Shown here one piece after another: positions 1 to 5,565 of a stretch of 6,996 nt of DNA. Origin of the DNA: Octopus sinensis. Lineage: Eukaryota. Numbering within the stretch: position 1 is the first letter of the stretch; every line of letters begins with the position of its first letter. The position numbers and the translations under genes were made by a program. The DNA is taken from assembly GCF_006345805.1 (NCBI RefSeq), contig NW_021829132.1, forward strand, positions 1-6,996, read 5' to 3'. Below the pieces are notes generated by a model. It did not search any database and was not told the DNA's origin. It was given only the letters and a program-made list of their open reading frames with translations.

Positions 1-12
1 ACAAAAATATAT

Positions 13-165
13 AGGAATGGCTGTGTGCTAAGTAGCTAGCTTACCAACCACATGGTTCCAGGTTCAGTCCCACTACGTAGCACTTTTGGCAAGCATCTTC
101 TGCTATAGCCTCAGGCCAACCAAAGCCTTGTGAGTGGATTTGGTAGACAGAAACTGAAAGAAGCC

Positions 166-206
<41 letters not shown>

Positions 207-217
207 CACATATATAT
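13..217 (+). mobile_element. tRNA-derived SINE family A, 5' half (Pol III head, body, internal microsatellite)
   Basis: A-box-like TGGCTGTGTGCT (18-29) and B-box-like GGTTCAGTCCC (61-71). The body aligns with the reverse complement of about 6660-6808, a second copy in the window. It matches my recollection of an abundant octopus SINE (family name not verified). Confidence 0.9.
169..217. repeat. Compound microsatellite (TG)10(TA)9 CACA TATATAT
   Basis: Read directly. It occupies the position of the internal AC/AT-rich tract also seen in the family A copy at 6630-6672. Confidence 0.95.
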
Positions 218-245
218 CGGGAGAGTTTGAGATCTATTCTATCTC

Positions 246-433
246 AATCAAACCCCAGGACTTATTCTTTGTAAGCTTAGTACTTATTCTAACGGTCTCT
301 TTTGCTGAACCACTAAGTTACGGAGTTGTAAAAACACCAACATCAGTGGTCAAGCGATATTGGGGGGACAAACACAGACACAAACATACATACATGTTGG
401 GGGGACAAACACAGACACAAACATACATACACA
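246..433 (-). mobile_element. SINE family A, 3' half, inverted relative to the 5' half at 13-217
   Basis: Aligns in the same orientation with 6541-6660 (TAGTACTTATT...CTTTTGCTGAAC..CTAAGTTA...GGGGACAAACACAGACACAAA). 246-318 is the reverse complement of 593-665 at 69/73. Confidence 0.9.
357..430. repeat. 37-bp tandem duplication (two copies, 36/37 identical)
   Basis: ATATTGGGGGGACAAACACAGACACAAACATACATAC (357-393) followed by ATGTTGGGGGGACAAACACAGACACAAACATACATAC (394-430). Confidence 0.95.
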
Positions 434-592
434 GTTTGATACTTCGAGTACTGGTAGAATTTCTCATGTAGAACACGGTTTACTTTGAATGTTTTGGACA
501 AAATTTCATATTTTAGAAGTTATTTCATGTTAAAGTAGTTGTATTTGGGTAATTTCAACCAATCAATTATGTGTATTTGGTTGAAGAAAGCT

Positions 593-711
593 ACTTAGTG
601 GTTCGGCAAAAGAGACCGATAGAATAAGTACTAGGCTTACAAAGAATAAGTCCCGGGGTTTGATTTGCTTGACTAAAGGTGGTGCTCCAGCATGGCCAAA
701 GTCAAATGAGA

Positions 712-716
<5 letters not shown>
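593..716 (+). mobile_element. SINE family A, 3'-terminal fragment
   Basis: 593-665 is the inverted copy of 246-318. 677-716 (AGGTGGTGCTCCAGCATGGCCAAAGTCAAATGAGAAACAA) aligns with the reverse complement of 6488-6530. Confidence 0.9.

Positions 717-756
<40 letters not shown>
717..756. repeat. (AT)20 microsatellite
   Basis: Read directly. Confidence 0.98.
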
Positions 757-762
<6 letters not shown>

Positions 763-1059
763 CAGTTTTCAGATAGCTCTAAATAGCCACAATGATCATA
801 GCAGGAACATTACTTGTCTAGCTTTCTACTACTCTGGACATAAGATGGCATGAACCATTGACCAGTTGGTGAGTTGTCCAGTACTGAAGACTGACCTGGG
901 AATAAAGAACAACAATAACTCTAGAGCCAGGAAGAAGGATTTGCAATGAATACAAGTAGTTCCACGCTTCTGCAAAACTGAAGATTTTCACATGTCTCTC
1001 CCTCATACCAAGTTAAAGTTAGAGAGACTTGGCATTGAAACTTAGTTCTTTGGTTTGAA

Positions 1060-1195
1060 AACCAGAGCAGTGAATTGACAGATTCATTAGAGTATTGGAC
1101 AGAATGCTTTGTCATGTTTGTTCTGAATTTCCATACTCTGGGTTCAAATCCTACCAAAGTCAACTTTCACCCTTGAAAGTCAAAAGAAACAAAAC
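1060..1195 (+). mobile_element. tRNA-derived SINE family B, degenerate 5' fragment
   Basis: CAGATTCATTAG...GGACAGAATGCT resembles 4305-4335. B-box GGGTTCAAATCC and downstream GTCAACTTT align with 6230-6255. Confidence 0.75.
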
Positions 1196-1210
1196 AACAA
1201 AAAGCCACCA

Positions 1211-1350
1211 ATCCAAGATAATGGATTGGCAGTACTGTAAGAAAGTCAAACTAGATACATTGTGCTACTTGCTCCAGCTGTTTTCATTCAGAGTCCAAAT
1301 CATGACAAGATCAATGTTGTTTTTTATCCTTTTGAGGGACGATAAAAATA
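1211..1350 (+). mobile_element. SINE family B, degenerate 5' plus core fragment (tandem unit 1)
   Basis: GAGTCCAAATC B-box remnant (1291-1301) and TTATCCTTTTGAGGGACGATAAAAATA, compared with TCATCCTTTCGGGGTCGATTAAATA in the 6163 copy. Aligns with 1356-1452. Confidence 0.75.
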
Positions 1351-1355
1351 TTCTC

Positions 1356-1452
1356 ATCCAAGATGGTGGATTGGTAGAACTGTAAGAACAAGCTGGATGC
1401 CTTGAGGTATTTGTTCCAGCTTGTCTGCATTCTGAGTTCAAATCCCACCATG
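1356..1452 (+). mobile_element. SINE family B, 5' fragment (tandem unit 2)
   Basis: Begins with ATCCAAGAT, as unit 1 does, 145 bp downstream of it. A-box-like TGGTAGAACTG and B-box GAGTTCAAATCCC (1434-1446). Confidence 0.8.
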
Positions 1453-1893
1453 GCCTACCCAGGTGGTAGACTTAACCCATCTCTTCAACACTACAACCTG
1501 GCACTTTGGGTACTTGTAGTGAACCCTCATCCTGTTGCAAGCATTGAGCCAGGCTTCCTCGCTCTCCTCCCTCTCACTAGTCTCAGGTCCTTATACAGAT
1601 ATTAGGTACTGCCTTTCCTCCTGACTAAAAGATTAAAAAAAAGAGCCAAATCTTGGAGAATCAAATGTAGTACTATTTAAATATTACACTGGTATTATGA
1701 CATCATAGTATTGGTGTAGTCCTGTGGGCCAATTGAGAGTTTTCTTCAGACAGCAATGTTGTGCCTAATACAGAATGAGCCATAAACCTCAGGTTTAGCT
1801 TCATCTAATATTCACCACCTGAGCCATCCTGATATGAACCAAGCCCTCACCATTAGGTTGTCTTGTATTCTACTAAATCAACCAAGTATCACA

Positions 1894-2104
1894 TTAACCC
1901 TTGATACCAATGTGCATGAAAACACTCTCAGTTCTATGATACAAAATCCTTATTTTAAAGTAGTCTAAATTAAAAACCTTCCATCAAAATTTCCTTTTAT
2001 GATTCCAGCACCAGCTTAATTATAAAAGTTATATTAATGAATTCTTTATTATTTTCATTATTTAAGACTGTAGTTTGAACAAAATGTGGTAACAAAAGTG
2101 TTAA
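1894..2104 (+). mobile_element. piggyBac-type MITE family P (copy P1), TTAA-flanked
   Basis: TTAA-CCCTTGATACCA (1894-1909) and TGGTAACAAAAGTG-TTAA (2087-2104) are degenerate TIRs with TTAA target sites. The internal CCATCAAAATTTC...TTATTTTC module recurs at 3925-4072, 4138-4242 and 5986-6093. Strand is arbitrary (P1 defined as +). Confidence 0.85.
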
Positions 2105-2240
2105 AAGGACTAAATCAACTGTTTTTGCCCCACACTACACTGATTTCCCACCCAGATGCATGCCCCACAATGAACAAAGTATGTTGCATCTGGTATATTC
2201 AAAAGGAAATTATAATTTAAACTTTATTGCAAGTCCTATT

Positions 2241-2396
2241 CTTGCCAAACCACCAAGTTACAGAGATGTACAACTGGCTGTAAAGTGGTGGTGGGGGACA
2301 AATACACACAGAGACATACAATAGGCTTCTTCCAGTTTCCACCTACCAAAGCTAATCACAAGGTGGTAGTTAAAGACATTTACCCAATGGGGCCAT
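2241..2396 (-). mobile_element. SINE family A, old degenerate internal fragment
   Basis: TTGCCAAACCACCAAGTTA...GGGGGACAAATACACACAG...GCTTCTTCCAGTTTCCACCTACCAAA...AAGACATTTACCCAA aligns, with deletions, to 6563-6760. Confidence 0.75.
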
Positions 2397-2498
2397 AAGG
2401 TTCTATTGTTATTAATCTTCCAGCCTGTGGCACAAACCATCCATTCATAAAAATTTCAACTTAATGAAATTGGTGACTAAAAACCTCACTATGTCACT

Positions 2499-2804
2499 TT
2501 GTGGAAACGCAGTGGCCCAGTGGTTAGGGCAGCAGACTCGCGGTCAGAGGATCGCGGTTTCGATTCCCAGACCGGGTGTTGTGTGTTCATTGAGCGAAAA
2601 CACCTAAAGCTCCATGGGGCTCCAGCAGTGGGTGGTGGCGACCCCTGTTGTACTCTTTCGCCACAACTTTCTCTCACTCTCTCTTCCTATTTCTTGAGTA
2701 ATGCTGCGATGGACTGGCGTCCAGTCCAGCTGGGGGGGAACATATACTCCACAGAAACTGGGAAACCAGGTCCTGGCTAGGCTTGAAAAGGGTGACGTTT
2801 ATCG
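2499..2804 (+). mobile_element. Young full-length tRNA(Arg)-like SINE family C with a perfect 9-bp TSD
   Basis: TATGTCACT at 2490-2498 and 2805-2813. A-box TGGCCCAGTGG (2513-2523) and B-box GTTTCGATTCC (2557-2567). The head resembles tRNA-Arg (GACTCGCGGTCAGAGGATCGCGGTTTCGA). It keeps 14 CpGs in 306 bp. tRNA-Arg-derived OR-type SINEs are described in octopus; exact family not verified. Confidence 0.92.
2513..2567 (+). promoter_or_regulatory. Type-2 RNA Pol III internal promoter (A box + B box) of SINE C
   Basis: A box at 2513-2523 and B box at 2557-2567, with tRNA-like spacing (33 bp). Activity cannot be shown from sequence. Confidence 0.7.
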
Positions 2805-2826
2805 TATGTCACTAACAGTGCTTCAT

Positions 2827-2881
2827 TGAGTTCAAACCCTGCTGAGGTCAACTTTGCTTTCAATCCTTACAGGGTTGATAA
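2827..2881 (+). mobile_element. SINE family B, B-box/core fragment
   Basis: TGAGTTCAAACCCTGCTGAGGTCAACTTTGCTTTCAATCCTTACAGGGTTGATAA aligns with 6227-6282. Confidence 0.8.
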
Positions 2882-3382
2882 CACTGAGGTCCTCCCTATC
2901 ATTAACTAACCCCTCACTGCTAATTTATAGCCTTCTACCTACATTCAAAGTTACTAACACTGCTACATAACCAAATTTTGGGGGATATTTCCACCCTTTT
3001 CCATAAATTTTTCAGTGGGTGGATGGTTGGGTGGGGACCTTTCTTTTGAAAAGGTCTTCCACCCCCACCCAAGTTTATGTTAAAAACATTTGAGATTATC
3101 AATCTGAAATTTTTGTTTTGAAAAAATGTCAAAACTGAAAAATTATAGAAAAGGTGATCAGAACCTGCTTTTTCCAATTTTTATGTTTTATAAATGCATA
3201 TTTGTTATCTGCTTAGAACATACACATCCAAAAGAAAATTATGGTGTTTAGCACCATAATTTCTGAAATATTTTATAGCAATACCTCACCCTTTTATTTC
3301 TTATACTTGGTGCAATTTTATACAGAAAAATAACATGAAAGTAATACTCTGCCTACTGTCGTTAACCTTCACATCTATTATA

Positions 3383-3923
3383 TTGGGTTGTCCGGAAAGT
3401 TTGTGCTGATTTTTTAAAGGAAAGAAAAACGACAATAATTTCTTGCCATGAATGAACCATTTTGTTGCACAATGCATCTCCATCTTTCCTTTAACTAGAA
3501 AATACCCTCTTCCCAGAATTGAGGTGGTTTCATGGCAAAGAATTCATCAAGGTGTCTTTTTACGTCATCCAAGGAATTCAAATTTTTACCATTAAGACTA
3601 TTCTACAGAGACCTGAATAAGTGGAAATCCGAAGGAGCACTATCTGGTGAATATGGAGGGTGGGGTAACACATTCCAGCTGAGCTGCAGCAATTTTTGTC
3701 AGGTTCCCAAAGCATCAAGTGCTGAAAAGGAACTTTCTTATCTTCCATTTTAAAGGGTTACAGACAGGTTATAGGAGCATAAATCTTCTTCCACGAAAAG
3801 ATAGCTTAAACTGTGCTCTAAATGGAGGTGTAGTCAAAGCCTATTTTATGGACTCAACCATGTTCTAAAATAAGTCGAAAGGTAAGCTACTATAAATCAG
3901 CATGAACTTTCCTGACAACCCAA
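3383..3923 (-). mobile_element. Internally deleted mariner (Tc1/mariner, D,D34D) element, 541 bp
   Basis: 30-bp TIRs at 3383-3412 (TTGGGTTGTCCGGAAAGTTTGTGCTGATTT) and 3894-3923, 27/30 identical. TA on the left (3381-3382) and AA, a presumed mutated TA, on the right. Contains transposase N- and C-terminal remnants. Confidence 0.95.
3450..3748 (-). pseudogene. Mariner transposase remnant: N-terminal 15 codons joined out of frame to the C-terminal region, with 3 in-frame stops
   Basis: ATG at 3748 gives MEDKKVPFQHLMLWE. From 3704 the C-terminal frame reads T*QKLLQLSWNVLPHPPYSPDSAPSDFHLFRSL*NSLNGKNLNSLDDVKRHLDEFFAMKPPQFWEEGIF*LKERWRCIVQQNGSF. The mariner YSPDLAPSD motif appears as YSPDSAPSD (3653-3627). 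Stops at 3701-3699, 3605-3603 and 3497-3495. Confidence 0.95.
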
Positions 3924-4072
3924 AACAAACTTGCTGTTTTAAGTTCTAAATCAAAATTTCATGTTAATTGTATGTTCCAAACCCAGGTTATTTTACTGAA
4001 TCCATTATTTTCAATATTTATTAAAACAAAGACAGCATATTTCAATGGAAATATGGTAACGAAAAAGAGTCA

Positions 4073-4120
4073 TGGAATTAACAGGAAATTTTGATGGTGG
4101 ATTAGTAACAAAAGGGTTAA
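4073..4120. mobile_element. Scrambled family P fragment: inverted internal piece plus a near-perfect right TIR and TTAA
   Basis: 4077-4094 is the reverse complement of 3951-3968 (17/18). GTAACAAAAGGGTTAA (4105-4120) is the inverse of 4138-4153 (15/16). Confidence 0.75.
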
Positions 4121-4425
4121 GGTGAAGAGCAAATATCTTAACCCTTTTATTACCGCATCTCTGTTGAAATACTCTGTTTTTGTGTCATTCAATTTTCAAA
4201 ATAAAGAATTTAATAAAATAACTTTGTATGAAGTAATGTTTGTCACCATTTCAACATGGCTGTTCCGTTCGAACAGACATTACTGCATTAAAATGATAAA
4301 CACGCAGATTCATTAGCACATCGGACAAAATGTTTTGTGGCATTTCTTCCAGCACTTTGCCCTGTTTAACCCTTTAGCATTTGGATTATTAAATGTAATG
4401 CTTATTTATCCACATTGTTTTAAAT

Positions 4426-4700
4426 CAATGGTTCCCAAACTTTTAAGGGCCACCACCTCCTTGATACCTAGGCCACATTCCTAGTGCCCCTACCCCAACT
4501 AACCATCACCAACATAGACCCCTTTCTGAAGTAAATTCAAAGCAACTGTATTTCACAAATAAAACTTTACCTAATGAACCCATTATTTTGTTTGTTTTTA
4601 CATGAATCGCTAACCCATTATCACCCCACTTTTCTTCAAGGACCCCTGGAACTTTCTAGCGACCCCTGGGGGAAAATACTACCCACATTGGGAACCACTG
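4426..4700. mobile_element. hAT (Charlie/MER5-like TIR) non-autonomous MITE, 275 bp
   Basis: TIRs CAATGGTTCCCAA / TTGGGAACCACTG (12/13). 8-bp TSD TTTTAAAT (4418-4425) / TTTAAAAT (4701-4708), 7/8. An 8-bp TSD and CAGTGGTTCCCAA ends are typical of hAT-Charlie. Confidence 0.9.
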
Positions 4701-4710
4701 TTTAAAATTA

Positions 4711-5190
4711 CCGGAAATCCTCAAGTATAGTCTGCCCTTGAGTATAATACGCAGGGGATTTTTAGGGGGCTGTACCTCTGAAAAACCTAACCCTTGTGTA
4801 TACACACCCCTTCCCTAACTTGAGTCAAGGAGGTCTATAGAATGTCCTTGGTTTGTAAAAATGTATACAGTAACGTCCTTTATTATTATTGTATATATAA
4901 TATAATGCAAACTTGTTGCTTTTTTGTGCATTTTGTTTGCAAAAAATAAAGAAATAACAGTAATAACGTTTAATAAATGTTGCTTACTGCAAGTTATGGA
5001 TGATTCTTTTATGACTTCATTGCTTTCAGGCTTAGCTTGAGGTATTTTCGTGCCCGACATCACAAAATGCGCCTGAATAAACATTGCTTAGAAAATATTT
5101 TTCATTTTTAACCTCGTATAGAGTACGCACTAGGGATTTTGACCTTTAAATTTTGGGAAAAAAACGCAGATCATACTCTAGGATTTACGG
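4711..5190. mobile_element. Tc1/mariner-superfamily (pogo/Tigger-like) non-autonomous element, 480 bp
   Basis: TIRs CCGGAAATCCTCAAGTATAGTCTGC (4711-4735) versus the reverse complement of 5166-5190 (20/25). TA at 4709-4710 and TT (presumed mutated TA) at 5191-5192. The host Q1 sequence resumes immediately after. No transposase remnant seen. The subgroup call comes from TIR style only. Confidence 0.85.
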
Positions 5191-5339
5191 TTATCAAACA
5201 TTGTGTCAAAACTATCAAGATTTCAATGATGATTGTTTGGTTTTAGAATGACATCATAAGTAGGTGGGTGAGGCCGGGTCTGGCTGGTTTGAACATTAAA
5301 AATAATTTGAACATAATGGCTGGCTTGAATGCAAAAGGA

Positions 5340-5565
5340 TTAACTCTTGAGCACTCAGATTACTCAGTCCAATGTAATGCTTATTTATTGACATGGTCTT
5401 TAATTAATCATGCATTATCTCACAGGTTTGAGATTTCAATGACAATTGTTTATTTTTACAATGATATTATAGGATAGATGTGTGGAGCTGGACTTGGCAA
5501 GTCTTAACATGAAACAGGTAAAATATCAGGGCCAGACATGTCTAGATTAAATGTTAACAGGATAA
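5340..5565 (+). mobile_element. MITE family Q (copy Q2), uninterrupted, head-to-tail with Q1 and sharing one TTAA
   Basis: TTAACTCTTGAGCACTCAGATTA...AATGTAATGCTTATTTAT...GAGATTTCAATGA...AATGTTAACAGGATAA. TTAA at 5340-5343 ends Q1 and starts Q2. Confidence 0.88.

Larger units (their letters stand above)
3362..4072 (+). mobile_element. MITE family P (copy P2), split by the mariner derivative: pieces 3362-3382 and 3924-4072
   Basis: Left piece TTAACCTTC...TCTATTA-TA; right piece AA-CAAACTTGCTGTTTTAAG...TCAAAATTTCATG...GGTAACGAAAAAGAGTCA. Rejoined TCTATTA-TA-CAAAC corresponds to TCTATGA-TA-CAAAA in P1 (1933-1946). The left piece is short, so it is less certain. Confidence 0.75.
4366..5343 (+). 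mobile_element. piggyBac-type MITE family Q (copy Q1), interrupted by hAT and pogo-type elements
   Basis: TTAACCCTTTAGCATT (4366-4381) versus the reverse complement of 5328-5343 (14/16). Pieces 4366-4425, 4709-4710 and 5193-5343 align collinearly with the uninterrupted copy Q2. Confidence 0.9.

Noticed and set aside
357-430. CRISPR-like or iteron-like repeat
   Set aside because: Only two abutting copies with no spacer, inside a eukaryotic SINE.
130-471. 113-aa ORF (+)
   Set aside because: Reads through SINE A, the TG/TA microsatellite (CVCV, IYIY) and the inverted SINE piece. It starts at a non-ATG codon.
818-1385. ORFs 818-1006, 921-1163 and 1095-1385; possible exon near 920-1010 (minus strand)
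   Set aside because: No recognisable motif. Two overlap SINE B remnants and start at non-ATG codons. Candidate splice signals are no better than chance.
2152-2193. 9-bp inverted repeat CCAGATGCA / TGCATCTGG
   Set aside because: Too short to exceed chance in 7 kb. No TSD or second copy.
2503-2575. Possible tRNA-Arg gene
   Set aside because: No acceptor-stem pairing and no oligo-T terminator. It continues into a SINE body bounded by a TSD.
2489-2780. ORFs 2499-2780 (+) and 2489-2677 (-)
   Set aside because: Both lie within GC-rich SINE C, where stop-free frames arise by composition.
3017-3070. G-quadruplex or intrinsic terminator
   Set aside because: G runs are mostly 2-3 nt and irregular, and would be sequestered by the C-rich arm. 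The context is eukaryotic, so bacterial terminators do not apply.
3578-3748. 56-codon ATG-initiated chimeric ORF created by the mariner deletion (MEDKKV...VKI*)
   Set aside because: Only 15 residues are transposase and the rest is out of frame. No evidence of expression or function.
3301-3753. ORFs 3532-3753 (+) and 3301-3483 (-)
   Set aside because: These are the antisense and off-frame shadows of the mariner transposase remnant. The true frame has stops.
4260-4276. Hairpin CTGTTC / GAACAG in the unassigned 4243-4303 segment
   Set aside because: A 6-bp stem is at chance level. It may be a retroposon scrap, but that is unsupported.
1894-4792. Scattered TAACCC hexamers as telomeric repeats
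   Set aside because: They are never tandem, and most are explained by TTAA-CCC MITE termini.
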